Source: Heterodontus francisci (taxonomy: Eukaryota). Taken from it: a stretch of DNA of 64,000 bases. The translations under genes and the position numbers were made by a program. The notes beneath the pieces are model-generated. The model was not told the origin of the DNA. It was given only the letters and a program-made list of their open reading frames with translations, and made no database searches. The stretch is from positions 13,144,001 to 13,208,000 of the forward strand of contig NC_090415.1 of the NCBI RefSeq assembly GCF_036365525.1. Reading direction: 5' to 3'. Position 1 is the stretch's first letter, and every line of letters starts with the position of its first letter. Shown here piece after piece: positions 33,229 to 47,168 of this stretch.

Positions 33229-33879
33229 CTAAATCTGTCTGATTGGATATCTAAAGTAACCAATCACACTTCATGCCTATCACAGCCACAAACTGACGCA
33301 GCAGTCAGATCGTCCAAACTCCTTTGCCCGCCCTTAACCATGACTTTCTGAGTCCCTCTGTCTCTTCAACCATTTCCATTTTGCTGGTACGAACACGTCT
33401 ATTTTTTCACTCTGTACATATAATTTCTCAACACTTCCATTCCTTATCAGGATGTACCGGCCTGCTGCACTTCCCTCCATCACCAGGACGGAACCGTCCA
33501 GTATAGTTGGGGTCAGACATGGGCAAGTGCAAGCATTGAAGTGCAAGTCTTTAAATCTATGTTGCGTGCCAAATAAGGTTGGTCAGCTGCAGCCACAAGT
33601 AACCACATGAAAGATTTATATAGTGGCAATTACATAATTCTGGCTGAAACTAGGCGAGGCATGGGAACTTATTATTACTGGCTACAAATATTCAGCAAGA
33701 CATGTCTGAAAAAATATGGAGGGTTGTGGAGTGGAAAGAGTTGATCAAATATAATATGATAACACTGGCAGCGATGATGTTTTTGAGCTGTTAACAAAAG
33801 AATCTATTTGGTCATATATACGGAATATGGCAGGAGGAAATGCATGGACATTCTGGGTCGTGTCATGTTTGTCTTTCCC

Positions 33880-34860
33880 TGCAGGGCATGTGAGTGTGGG
33901 TTTCATTCTGTGCCTATCAGTATGTGATATTTAACTGTGGCTTTTACCCCGTATTGGGCAATCTATGGTCAATGATTTTGTGATTTAATTCAGTAATTTC
34001 AATCTTCAATCGGTGATTCTGTTTTTTCTTTCTCGGTAACATTCAGTTTCTAAGTGGATGATTATGGGTTTTGTTCTGTACCTATGAGCTTCTACTGAGT
34101 GAGTGTGGGTTTTGTTATGGATCTGTTAATATCTGATTTTGGAGTCTGGGCGTTTCTCTTTAACTGTCAATTTCTGAATTGTGAATTTGGATTTTAATCT
34201 GCACCTGTCAGTTTCTGGTTTGAAAGGTTGTTTGATTTTGTCTCTGTACCTGTTAGTAAGTGACATTTTTGTGTAGCTTTACACTGCACATGTTAATTGA
34301 TGACACGTCAGCATTGTTTTCACTCTGCATGGCATTCTCTGGTTTGGAGGCCTCACCTGTGTTCTGTACCCATCAGACGTCTTCATATAAGGATGGGTTT
34401 TAACCTGTTCCTTTCAATCTGTTGTATGTAAGTACTGTTTATTATCTGTATCTGTAAGTTTCTGATGAATGAATGTAGTCTGTATCACGTCCCTGTCAGT
34501 GGTTCATTAAGAGATATTTTACACTGTACCTGCCCGTTCTGATATGTGAGTGTGGGTTGTGATCTACGGCTGGCCGTTTCTGGTATGAGACATGAGCATT
34601 GTTTTTACTCTGTGCATGTTAGCCTCAAGTGTCAGAAGCTGGGTTTAATAGTACAGCTCACTCTCTGCTGTATGATTATGGATTTTCATCTGGACAAGTT
34701 AATTTCTGGTACGGGCATGTGAATTTTATTCTCTATGCCAATTTATGGTATGTGATTATGTGTTCTTTCTGTTCTGTCAGTTTCTGCTGAACTGTATGGT
34801 GGGTTTGCTTTCAATCTGCCAAGTTCTGCGATGTGAATGTTGGTTTTACTTTGTATTTGT
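33880..34860. repeat. degenerate ~40-41 bp tandem repeat block
   Basis: paralog of 5170-6147 and 38690-39669. Confidence 0.75.
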
Positions 34861-35840
34861 CATCGAGAGATAGAGTCATAGAGTTATACAGCACAGAAAC
34901 AGGCCCTGAGACACATTGATGGCCGGCACAGGCACAATCAGTGATCTATTCTAATCCCATTTTCCAGCACTTGGCCCATCGCCTTGTATGCTATGGCCTT
35001 TCAAATGTATATCTAAATACTTCTTAAGTGTTGTGTGGGGTCCTGCCTCTACCACCCCTTTCAGGTAATGTGTTCCAGATTCCAACCACCATTTGGGTGA
35101 AAATGAAATTTAAAAAAAAATTCTCAAATCCACTCTGAACCTCCTGCTTCTTACATTAAATCATGGCTGATCTGTTTCTGACTTGAATTCCACACTCCTA
35201 TCTCCTCCCAATAATCTTTGATTCCCTTGCCTGACAAGAATCTATCAATACCTGACTGAAAAATAATATATTCATTGACACCGCCTCCACCACATTCCAA
35301 GGCACTGAATTCCAAAGTCTCACAAACCTCAGAGGGAAAAAAATCTCCTCATCTCGGTCCTAAAAGAGTGACCCATACTTTTAAAGCAGCACCCCCGATT
35401 TCTGAACTCATCCACAAGAGGAAACATCCTTTCCCCATCCACCTTGTCAAGACCATTCAGGATCTTATACACTTCAATCAAGTCTCCCCTCACTCTTCTA
35501 AACTCCAGTGAAAACTAACCCAGTCTGTCCAACCTTTCCTCATAAGACATCCACTCATTCCAGGTATCAATCTAATAAACCTCCTCTGAAACACCTCCAA
35601 CACATTTACTTCCTTCCTTAAATATGGAGACCAAAACTGCACACAGTATTCGAGCTGTGGTCTCACCGAAGCCCCGTATAACTGAAGCATAACATCCTTC
35701 GATTAATTTTCAATTCCTGTTGTAATAAAGGATAACTTTCCAATTGCCTTTGTGATTTGCCATACCTGCATACTAACGTTTTGTGACTCAAGCACAAGAA
35801 CACCTGGATCCCTCTGCACCTCAGAATTCTGCAGTCATTC
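34861..35840 (-). mobile_element. two decayed CR1 3' fragments
   Basis: MLQLYGASVRPQLEYCVQFWSPYLRK and two CR1-type tails. Confidence 0.8.
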
Positions 35841-35844
35841 TCCA

Positions 35845-36033
35845 CAGATACTCAGCAGGCCTGCCAGCATCTGTGGAGACAGAAACAGAGATAACCATTC
35901 AGGTCAATGGTCTTTCATCAGAAAGGTCCGTTCTGATCGAAGGTCATTGACCTGAAATGTTAACTCACTTTCTCTCTCTACAGGTGCTGCCAGACTTGCA
36001 GATTATTTCCAGCATTTTCTGTTTTCATTTCCA
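35845..36033. mobile_element. head-to-head inverted pair of Penelope termini with hammerhead-like motifs
   Basis: left arm is the reverse complement of the right arm around a centre at ~35927; both arms match the terminus at 4795-4895. Confidence 0.75.
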
Positions 36034-36034
36034 C

Positions 36035-36790
36035 TGTACATCGTATATTCTGGCAAATGAATGTGTGATCAATCTTTAACCTTTGGTTTCTGATCTGTAA
36101 ATGTGGGTTTTACCGAGCATGTTGTCAGTTACTGCAATGCAAATATCTGTTTTATTCTGTAACATTTTGTTTGTGGTAATTGATTGTGGGTTTTACTCTG
36201 CATCTGCCACTCTCTGTAATGTGAATGTGGCTTTTGGCTGTGCATGATTTGTGAGTATGTGTTTTACTTTCCCTGTATGTTTCTGAATGTGGATTTTGCT
36301 ATGTACCTCAGTAACTTTATGTGTATATGTTGTATTCTGTTTCTATGCATGTATGGTGAGTGTAACATTTCCCCTGTATCTATCAGAATCACTCTTGTGA
36401 GGATGGTCATTATTCTGTACTTGTTGGTTTATGGTAGTGCTTGATTTACACTTTTACGGTCACTCTCTGATATGCTACTATACAGTTTACTCTGCACTTG
36501 TCAGATTCTGCTATGTGATATTATCTTTTATCTATCTGTCTGTGTCTGGTATCCTATTGCAAGTTTTACTGTATACCCATCAGCTTCTGGTATTTAAGTA
36601 TGAGGTTCACATTGTTGTTCTGTGTGAATCTGCTTCTGCCTTGAACTGACAGTTACTACTCTGAGTGTACATTTGAAGGGTGCTTGTTAACTTCTGCTAA
36701 ATAGATGATAGTTTTACTCTGTGCATGTCAGTCACTGCAATGGGAAGTTGGGATTCATGCTGTATCTGCCATTTGATTTATTGATCTCTT
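36035..36790. repeat. degenerate ~40-41 bp tandem repeat block
   Basis: paralog of ~44580-45340. Confidence 0.7.
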
Positions 36791-36794
36791 CTGG

Positions 36795-37836
36795 TTTTTG
36801 GCTGGCCCACAGAAGACAGAGGGTGGTAGTAGATGGAAAGTATTCAGCCTGGAGCTCGGTGACCAGTGGTGTTCCACAGGGATCTGTTCTGGGACCTCTG
36901 CTCTTTGTGATTTTTATAAATGACTTGGATGAGGAAGTGGAAGGCTGGGTTAGCAAGTTTGCCGATGACACGAAGATTGCTGGAGTTATGGATAGTGTGG
37001 AAGGCTGTTGTAGGTTGCAACGGGACATTGACAGGATGCAGAGCTGGTCTGAGAAGTGGCAGATGGAGTTCAACCTGGAAAAGTGTGAAGTGATTCATTT
37101 TGGAAGGTCGAATTTGAATGCAGAATACAGGCTTAAAGACAGGATTCTTGGTAGTGTGGAGGAACAGAGGGATCTTGGGGTCCATGTCCATAGATCGCTC
37201 CAAGTTGCCACCCAAGTTGATAAGGGTTGTTAAAAGGCGTATGGTGTGTTGGCTTTCATTAACTGGGGGATTGAGTTTAAGAGCGGCGAGGTTATGCTGC
37301 AGCTCTATAAAGCCCTGGTTCGACCACACTTGGAATATTGTGTTCAGTTCTGGTCGCCTCATTATAGGAAGGATGTGGAAGCTTTAGAGAGGGTGCAGAA
37401 GAGATTTACCAGGATGCTGCCTGGACTGGAGGGCATGTCTTACGAAGAAAGGTTGAGGGAGCTAGGGCTTTTCTCATTGGAGCAAAGAAGGATGAGAGGT
37501 GACTTGATAGAGGGGTACAAGATGATGAGAGGTATAGATAGAGTGGATAGCCAGAGACTTTTTCCCAGGGTGGAAAGGGCTATCGCCAGGGGGCATAATT
37601 TTAAGGTGATTGGAGGAAGGTTTCGGGGAGATGTCAGAGGTAGGGTCTTTACACAGAGATTGGTGGGTGCGTGGAATGCACTGTCAGTGCTGGTAGTAGA
37701 AGCAGATACATTAGGAACATTTAAGCGACTCTTGGATAGGTACATGGATGATAGTAGAAAGAAGGGTATGCAGGTAGTTTGATCTTAGAGTAGGTTAAAG
37801 GTTCGGCACAACATCGTGGGCCGAAGGGCCTGGACT
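36795..37836 (+). mobile_element. young 5'-truncated CR1 (RT C-terminal half and 3' end)
   Basis: WLAHRRQRVVVDG..GVPQGSVLGP..SKFADDTK..LVRPHLEYCVQFWSP; one frameshift near 37225. Confidence 0.92.
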
Positions 37837-38185
37837 GTTTAGTTTAGTTCAGAGATACAGCACTGAAACAGGCCCTTCGGCCCACCGAGACTGTGCCGAC
37901 CATCAACCACCCATTTATACTAATCCTACACGAATCCCATATTCCTACCACATCCCCACCTGTCCCTATATTTCCCTACCACCTCCCTATACTAGGGGCA
38001 ATTTATAATGGCCAATTAACCGAGCAACCTGCAAGTCTTTGGCATGTGGGAGGAAACCGGAGCATCCGGAGAAAACCCACGCAGACACAGGGAGAACTTG
38101 CAAACTCCACACAGGCAGTACCCAGAATTGAACCCGGGTCGCTGGAGCTGTGAGGCTGCGGTGCTAACCACTGCGCCACTGTGCT
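37837..38185 (-). mobile_element. HE1-like V-SINE, full length, in a CR1 tail
   Basis: same family sequence; apparent direct repeat CTGGACTGTT at 37830-37839 and 38184-38193. Confidence 0.9.
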
Positions 38186-38689
38186 GGACTGTTCTATACC
38201 CCGTATCCTGAGACTGTGAGCCCTGGTTCTGGACTCCCCAGCCATCGGGAACATCCTCCCTGCATTCAGCATGAATCCTGTTAGAATTTTATAGGTTTCT
38301 ATGAGATCCCCTCTCATTCTTCTAAACCAAAGTAAATGTAGGCCTACTTGACCCAATCTCTCCTCGTACATCAATCCTGCCATCCCAGGAACCAAGGCAA
38401 GAACAAAATTCCTAAGATAAATAAGATTTATATAGTGGCAATTACATAATTCTGGCTGAAACTAGGCGAGGCAAGGGAACTTATTATTACTGGCTACAAC
38501 CATTCAGGAAAGATAGGTCTGAAAACATATGGAGGATTGTGGAACGGAAAGAATTGATCAAATATAATATGATAACACTGGCAGGGATGACGTTTTGAGT
38601 TGTTAACAAAAGAATCGATTTGGTCATAGATGCGGAATATGGCAGGAGGAAATGCATGGACATTCTGGGTCGTGAAATGTTTGTCCTTC

Positions 38690-39669
38690 CCTGCAGGACA
38701 TGTGAGTGTGGGATTCATTCTGTGCCCATCAGTATGTGATATTTACCCGTGGCTTTGACTCCATATCTGCCAATCTATGGTCAATGATTTGGTCATTTCA
38801 TTCAATAATTTCAATCTTCAACAGGTGATTCTGTTTTATTTTTCTCCGTAACATTCAGTTTCTAAGTGGGTGATTATGGGTTTTGTTCTGTACCTATGAG
38901 ATTCTACTGAGTGAGTGTGGGTTTTGTTATGTATCTGTTAATCTCCTCTTTTGGAGTCTGGGACTTTCTCTTTATGTCAATTTCTGAATTGTGAATTTGG
39001 ATTTTAATCGGCACCTGTCAGTTTCTGGTATGAAAGGTTGTTTGATTTTGTCTCTGTACCTGTTAGTAAGTGGCATTTTTGTGTAGCTTTACACTGCACA
39101 TGTTAATTGATGACACACCAGCGTTGTTTTCACTCGACATGTCAGTCTCTGGTTTGGAGGCCTCACCTGTGTTCTGTACCCATCAGATGTCTACATATAA
39201 GGATGGGTTTTAACCTGTTTCTTTCAATCTGTTGTATGTAAGTACTGTTTATTATCTGTATCTGTAAGTTTCTGATGAACGAATGTGGACTGTATCGTCT
39301 CCCTGTCAGTGGTTCATTAAGAGATATTTTACAAGGTACCTGCCCGTTCTGATATGTGAGTGTGGGTTGTGATCTACATCTGGCCATTTCAGGTGTGAGA
39401 CATGAGCATTGTTTTCACTCTGTGTACGTTAGCCTCAAGTGTCAGAAGCTGGGTTTAGTCATACATCTCATTCTCTGCTGTATGATTGTGGATTTACATC
39501 TGTACAAGTTAGTTTCTGGCACAGGCTTGTGAATTTTATTCTGTATGCCAATTTCTGGTATGTGAGTGTGTGTTTTTTCTGTCCTGTCACTTTCTGCTGA
39601 ACTGTATGATGGATTCGCTTTGGATCTGTGAATTTCTGCTATGTGAATGTTGGCTTTCCTTTACATTTG
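38690..39669. repeat. degenerate ~40-41 bp tandem repeat block
   Basis: near-identical to 5170-6147. Confidence 0.75.
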
Positions 39670-42440
39670 TCATAGAGTTATACAGCACAGAAACAGGCCC
39701 TTTGGCCCACTGTGTCTTTGCCTCCCATCAAGCATGAACCTATTCGAATCACATTTTCCAGCACTTGACCCATAGTCTTGTATGCTATGACGTTTCACGT
39801 GTTCATCGAAATCCTTCTCAAATGCTATGAGGGGTCCTGCCTCTACCAGCCCTTCAGGTAGTGTGTTCCAGATTCCAACCACACTGCGTGAAATATTTTC
39901 TCCTCAAGTCCCCTCTAAACCTGCTGCCCACTACTTAAATCTATCTCCCCTGGTTGTTGATCCCTCCGCTGAGGGAACGTTTTCTTCCTATCTGTACTAT
40001 CAATGTCCCGTGTAATTTTGTATACCTCAATCAGTTCCCCCCTCAGCCTTCTCTGCTCCAAGGAAAACAACCCTAGCCTATCCAGTCTCTCTTCATAACT
40101 GAAATGCCACAGCCCAGGAAACATCCTGGTAAATCTCCTCTGCACGCTCTCCATTGCAATCACATCCTTCCTTTGGTGAGTTGACCAGAACTGTACACAG
40201 TACTCCAGCTGTGGCCTAACTAGCATTTCATTCAGCTCCCTCATAACCTCCCTGCTCTTATATTCTATGCCTCGGCTAATAAAGACAAGTATCCCACATG
40301 CCTTCCTAACCACCTTATCTACCCGTGCTGCTGCCTTCAGTGATCTATGGACAAGTACACCAATGTCCCTCAGACCGTCTGTACATCTTAGGATCTGCCC
40401 ATTCATTGTATATTCTCTTGCCTTGTTAGGCCTCCCAAAATGCATCACCTCACATTTTCGCACTTCTCTGGATTAAATTCCATTTGCCACTGCTCCACCC
40501 ATCTTACCAGCCCATCTATATCATCCTGTAATCTAAGGCTTTCCTCCTCACTATTTATGACACCAATTTTCGTGTCATCTGTGAACTTACTGATCATATC
40601 TACTACATTCACGTCTAAATCATTCATGTACACTACAAACAGCAATGGTCCCAGCACCGATCGCTGTGGTACACCACTGGTCACAAACTTTAACTCACAA
40701 AAACAACGCTCGACCATCACCCTCTGCCTCCTGCCACTCAGCCAATTCTGAATCCAATTTACCAAATTGCCCTGGATCCCATGGGCTCTTACCTTCTTAA
40801 CCAATCTCCCATGTGGGACCTTATCTGAAGCCTTACTGAAGTCCATGTAGACAACATCAACTGCCTTACCCTCATCTACACATCGAGTCACCTCCTCAAA
40901 AAATTCAATCAACTTAGTTAGACACTATATTTTTTCAAGTCACCTCCTCTCTCTGCTAATTATTCTTATTTTTTTTCAAGTGCCACACCGAACCCCACCC
41001 CCTTACATTTTCTGTACTCCTCTCGGGCCTCCGCTGTTTTCTGTCCAAAGCCTCTTTTTTTACTTCTCCAATCCTCTATATCCCTTGACATCCAGGGTTC
41101 CCTGGATTTGTTGGTCCTACACTTCACCTTTATGGGAACATGTTGGCCCTGAACTCTCATTATTTCCTTTTTGAATGACTCCCACTAGTCTGATGTAGAC
41201 TTTCCTATAAGTAGCTTCTCGCAGTCCACTTTGGCCAGATCCTGTTTTATCATATTGAAATCGGTCTTCCCCAAATTGAGTACATTTATTTCAGGTACCT
41301 CTTTGTCCTTTTCCATAACTACCTTAAATATTACAGAGTTATGGCCACTATCCCCGAAATGCTCCCCCACTGACACTCCTACCACTTGTCCGGCTTCACT
41401 CCCTAGGATTAGGTCGAGCACGGCTCCTTCTTTTGTAGGACTTTCTACCTGCTGGCTCAAAAAGATCTCCTGTATGAACTGAAGAATTCTGCATCCTTTA
41501 AGCCATTTGCACTAAGACGATCCCAGTTGATATTGGGTAAGTTGAAATCCCCTACAATTATTTCCCTATTATTTTTACACCTCTCTGAGATTTGCCTACA
41601 TATCTGCTCTTCTATCTCTCCCTGACTGTTTGGAGGCCTGTCGATCACTCCCAGCCAAGTGATTACCCCCCTTTTTGTATTTATGTTCTACCCATATGGA
41701 TCATTTGAGGAATGTGTGAAGATATCATCCCTCCTTATACAGTAATTGACTCCTTGATCAACAGTGCACTGCCACCTCCTATGTTATACCCTCCCCTGTC
41801 ATGCCTGAAGTTTCTGGACCCTGGAATATTGAGCTGCCAGTCCTGCCCTTCCTTCAACCATGTCTCCGTGAAAACAATAATATCATATTTCCATGTGTTA
41901 ATAAATGGCCTCAATTCATCTGCCTTACTAGTAAGATTCCTTGCGTTAAAATAGATGCAATCCAGCCTTGCATTGTTAGCTTGTGTCTTAACATGTCTGC
42001 CTTTTCTCTGCCTTGCAGACTGACTCAGTTTCTCTTCTATATTTGACTGTACATCAACCCTTACTGCACGTCCCCTCTGTATCCCACCCCCTTGCCAAAT
42101 TAGTTTACAACCACCACCCACCCCTCACCCCCCTCCCCCAAAAGCACGTGCAAACCTCCCAGCAAGGCTGTTGGTCCCGATCCAGTTCAGGTGCAATCTG
42201 TCCAACTTGTACAATTCCCACCTTGGCCAGAAACAGACCCAGTGATCCAGGAAATTAAAGCCCTCCCTCCTGCACTATCTCTTCAGCCACACATTCATCT
42301 GCTCTATCCTCCTATTCCTATACTCACCTGCAAGTGGCAGCGGGGGTCATCCAGCGATTACAACCTTTGCGGACCCCTTTTCTTTAATCTGCTACCGACC
42401 TTCCGAAGTTCATGTTGCATGTCCTCATCCCTCTTTGTAC
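39670..42440 (-). mobile_element. long decayed CR1: ORF1 esterase C-terminus, endonuclease, RT, 3' tail (internal deletion ~40930)
   Basis: FLDHW..LYKLDRLHLN (ORF1), YFNARNL..TETWL, VGDFNLPNINW, LDLILG, DFSKASDKVPH, KFTDDTK. Confidence 0.9.
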
Positions 42441-43244
42441 CTGTCAGTTTCTGGTATGGAATAAAGATCTTTACTCTGTACCTGCTAGTTGCTGGCAAGT
42501 AATTGTGGCATCAATCCATATCTGTCAGAGTGTGATGTTACTTCAGATTTTACTCTTCAGCTGTCAGTTTCTGACATGTGAATATGGATTTTCCTCATTC
42601 TGGTCACTTACTGCAATGTAAGTCACTCCTTTATTCTGTGCCTGTCAGTTTCAGGTCTGGAAGAAAGATTTTTTTCATTACCTTTTATAATCTGGCAAGT
42701 GAATGTGAGATCACCCTGTATCTGTCAGTTTGTGACATATTACTGTGACTTTTACTCTTCACTTGTCAGTTTCTGATACGTGAATGTGTATTTTATTCTG
42801 GGTACCTGTCAGATACTAAAATGCAAGTATGTATTCTATTCTGTTCTTGTTTGTTACTTGTAATTAATTGGAGTGTTTACTCTTGATCTGTCAGTCTCTG
42901 GAATGTGAATGTGGCTCTTACTCTGTGTCTGTCTGTATTGGATTTGCCAGCAAGTGTTTTTCTTTCCTTTCTGTTCCTGATATGTGAATGTGAATTTTAC
43001 TATGTACCTCTCAGTTACTGGTATGTGATTGTGGTTTTATTCTGTCTCCATGAGCCTATGATTAGTGTTTGCAGCTTGTGTCCAAGGCATGTCAGTATCT
43101 TGTTTGCACATGCCCATTCTTATGTGCATGTTGCTTTATGGGAATTGACTATAGGATTTACTCTTTTTTCTGCCATATTACTTCTATGGCTTCAAGGGCT
43201 GGTCAGAGACTGGGAATTCTATGATGAGCAACTCATGTCCTAAC

Positions 43245-43504
43245 TTAGTTTAGTTTAGAGATACAGCACTGAAACAGGCCCTTCGGCCCACCGAGTCTGT
43301 GCCGACCATCAACCACCCATTTATACTAATCCTCCACTAATTCCATGTTCCAACCACATCCCCACCTGTCCCTATATTTCCCAAACACCTACCTATATTA
43401 GGGGCAATTTATAATGGCCAATTTACCTATCAACCTGCAAGTCATTGGCATGTGGGAGGAAACTGGAGCACCCGGAGAAAACCCATGCAGACACAGGGAG
43501 AACT
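43245..43504 (-). mobile_element. HE1-like V-SINE, 5'-truncated
   Basis: tail and core only. Confidence 0.85.
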
Positions 43505-43890
43505 TCCCAAAGTCTTTCCACCACCTACAAGCCACAAGTCAGAATTCTGATGGATTACTCTCCACTTGCTTGGTTGAGTGCAGCTCTAAAAACACTGAAG
43601 AAGCTTGATACCATCCAGGACAAATCAGCAGGCTTGATTATCTTACCATTCACCAGGTTATGCATTTACTCCCTCCACCACCAGTACACAGTGTGTCCCA
43701 TCTAAAAGATGTACTGCATCAACCTGAGGAAGTACCGGACAACAACACCTTCCAAACCCATGACATCTGCTACTGACTGGAACATGGGCAGCAAGCTTCT
43801 AAGAACATTACCACCTGCAATTTCATCTCTAGTTTGCACAACATCCTGACTTCAAAATATAACACCATTCCTTCATCATCACTCAGCCCA
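43505..43890 (+). mobile_element. L2-group LINE 3' fragment
   Basis: SLSTTYKPQVRILMDYSPLAW..LKKLDTIQDK, homologous to 25340-25750. Confidence 0.75.
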
Positions 43891-44344
43891 AATTTTGGAA
43901 CTCCCACTTTTATGAATGACATTCATTCTGTAGCTGTTCATCAATGGTACAGTCTGAGTGTAGAACTTATTCTGCATCTGCCACTCTGAAAGACAGGATC
44001 TGTTTGTTTATATTTAAGTAACAATGAAGGAGCTCTTACACACCTAGATCTGTCCAAATATCTGTCCCTCTTTGTATGGTATGTGTGTGAGGGATTCATT
44101 CTTTATCTCAGAATGTGGAATGTGACTATATTTATCTCTGTCACTTACTGATATGTGCATGTGCACTTTTCACTCTACCAGCCAGCTTCTGATGTGAGTG
44201 GATTTTTTTATGTACCTGTCATTTACTGATGAATTGAACGGTGGTTTTGGTTTGAATCGCTCACTTTCTGTTACGTGAATATGAGTATTCCTTCGTACTT
44301 GTCAATTACTGGAATTGAAGTAAGATCTTTAAACTGCACCGAAT

Positions 44345-44580
44345 ACAAAGCAAAATACTGTTAATGCTGGAAATAAAAGCAGAAAATTCAGTAAATACAC
44401 AGCAGGACTGCCAGCATCTGTGGAGACAGAAACAGAGTTAGCCTTTCAGGTCAATGACATTTCATCAGAAAGGTCTGTCCTGATCAAAGGTCATTGACCT
44501 GAAATATGAACTGAATTTCTCTCTCCACAGGTGCTGCCAGATTTGCAGAGTATTTCCAGCATTTTCCATTTTCATTTACA
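44345..44580. mobile_element. second copy of the inverted Penelope-terminus pair
   Basis: arms symmetric about ~44474; right flank shared with the 35.9 kb copy. Confidence 0.75.
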
Positions 44581-47168
44581 CTGTACATGGTGATGTACAT
44601 TTTCTGGCAAGTGAATGTGGGATCAATATTTAACCTTTCAGTTCTGATACGCAAATGAGGATTTTACCCAACATGTTGTCAGTTCCTGCAGTGCAATTAT
44701 CTGATTTATTCTGTAACTTTATGATTGTGGTAATTGATTGTGGGTTTGACCCTACATCTACCAGTCTCTGTAATGTGAATGTGGCTATTACTCTGTATTT
44801 ATCGGTGTACAATTTGTGAGTGTGTGTTTTGCTCTCTGTGTCTGTTTCTGACATGTAAATGTGGATTTTGCTATGTACCTCAGTTACTTTATGTGTATGT
44901 GTTTTATTCTGTTTCTGTGCATCTGTGGTGAGCTTCACATTTTCCCTGCACCTATCAGCATCACACTTCTTTGTATGGCCATTATTCTGCACTTGTTGGT
45001 TTATGGCACTGCTTAAATTACTCTTTCCCTCTCATTCCCTGATATGCTACTGTAAATTTTCCTCTGTACTTGTAAGATTCCACTCTGTGATAATGTTGTT
45101 TCTCTGTCTGTCTGCGTCTGGTATGCTATTGTAAGATTTACTGTGTGCCCATCAGGTTCTGGTATTTAAGTATGAAGTTCACATTGTAACATTCAATTTG
45201 ATCTGTGTGAATCTGCTTCTGCCTTGAACTGACAGTTTCTATTCTGTGAGTGTACATTTACAAGTGCACTTGTTAATTTCTGCTAAATAACTGTTTGTTT
45301 TAATCTGTGCATGTCAGTTGCTGCAATGGGAAGTTGGGAAAGGTTTTTAATTCTGAAAATGGCAATTACTGATAAGTAAATGTGGGTTTTACTCAGTAAC
45401 TCTCATTCTCTGGTATTTGAGTTTGTGTCTTTTTATTCTGGTTAGCTGTCACACTCACTTCTCTGAAGTAGGAGACCAAAACTGCACACAGTATTCTAGA
45501 TTGGTCTCAGCAATGCCCTGTATAACTGAAGTATAACATGCTTATTTTCATTTTCAATTCCTCACGTAATACTGGATAGCATTCCATTTGCCTTCCTTCT
45601 GTCTTGCTGTAACTGCACACTAACTTTTTTGACTCATGCACTAGAACACCTAGATCCCTCTCCAGAATTCTGCTGTCGCTCAGCACTGAAATATTTTTAA
45701 ATCTTCCTGACAAAGTGAACAACTTCCCATTTTCTCACATTGTACATCATCTGCCAGATTCCTGCCCACTCACTCAACCTATCGATATCAGTCTTCAACT
45801 TCCTTATGTCCTCTTCACAACATACATTCCTACCTATCTTTGTTTCATCTGCAAATTTAGCTGCCATGTCATCACTCCCCTCATCTACGTCATTGATATA
45901 AATTGTAAAAAGTTGAGGCCCCAGCACTCGTCACATCCTGCCAATCAGAAAAGGACCCATTTCTGCATTCTGTGTGTTCTGCCAGCCAGTCAATCTTCTA
46001 TCCATGCCACTATGTTACCCATGAGCTCCTACTTTGCACAATAACCTTTTATGTGGCACCTTGTCAAATGCCTTCTGGAAATCCAAGTACTGTCTGTCAA
46101 CCGGGTTCCCCTTTATCCACAGTGCATGTTAGTCCTTCAAGGAACTTCAATAAATAGGATAAACATGATTTCCCCTTCACAAAACCATGCTGACTATTCC
46201 TGATGACCTTATGTTTCTCAAAATGCCCAGCTATAGCCTCCTCATTGATCAATTCTACCACCTTCCTCATGACAGGTGTCAAGCTAACTGGCCTATAGTT
46301 AATGTTAACTCTGCATCTCTCTCCACAGATGCTGCCAGACCTGCTGAGTATTTCCAGCATTTCTTGTTTTTGTTTCAAATTTCCAGCATCTGCAGTATTT
46401 TGCTTTTATATTACTATAGTTACCCTTTCTCTGCCTCCATACCTTCTCAAATAGAGGGATTATATTTTGTACTTTCCAGTCTGATGTCACCTTTCCAGAA
46501 TCTTACGAATTTTGAAAAATTAACACCCACAAATCTATTACTTCCGTAGCCACCATTTTGAAACTCCAAGGATGAAGCCCATCGGGATCCGTGGACTTGT
46601 CAGCCCGTTGCTCCATCACTTTACTCAGTACCACTTCCCTGGTGATTGTAATTTCAACAAGTTCCTCTCTTCCATCCACCTCCTGATTTACAGCTATGAT
46701 GGGAATGTTTTTTGTATATGCAACAGTGAAGATAGAAGCATTTTTTTAATGTACATTTCTTCTGTCATTTCCTTATTCTCAACCTTTAACTCCTAATTTT
46801 CATTCTCTAGAGGACCCACACTCAATTTACTTGCACTTTTCCTTTTCTAATACCTGTGGAAACTCTTGCTATCCGTTTTTAGATTTCTCACTAGCTTAAA
46901 CCCATGCTCTAATTTATTTTTTTCCTGATTAACCTTTTAGTCATTCTCTGCCATTCTATATATTATGACCAATCATCTGACCTGCCACTCATCTTTGCTC
47001 AATTATATGCTTTTTCATTCAGGTTGATGCCTTCCTTAACTTCTTTAATCAACCATGGATGGGGGTTCCTCCCTTTGGAATTTTTCTTTATAGTAGGGAT
47101 ATCCTTATTTTGAGTATTCTGAAATATCCACTTAAATGTCTGCCACTGCTTCTCTATTGAACTATCTC

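Larger units (their letters stand above)
42440..45460. repeat. degenerate ~40-41 bp tandem repeat region interrupted by SINE, L2 and Penelope fragments
   Basis: same consensus and same strand as the other blocks. Confidence 0.7.
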
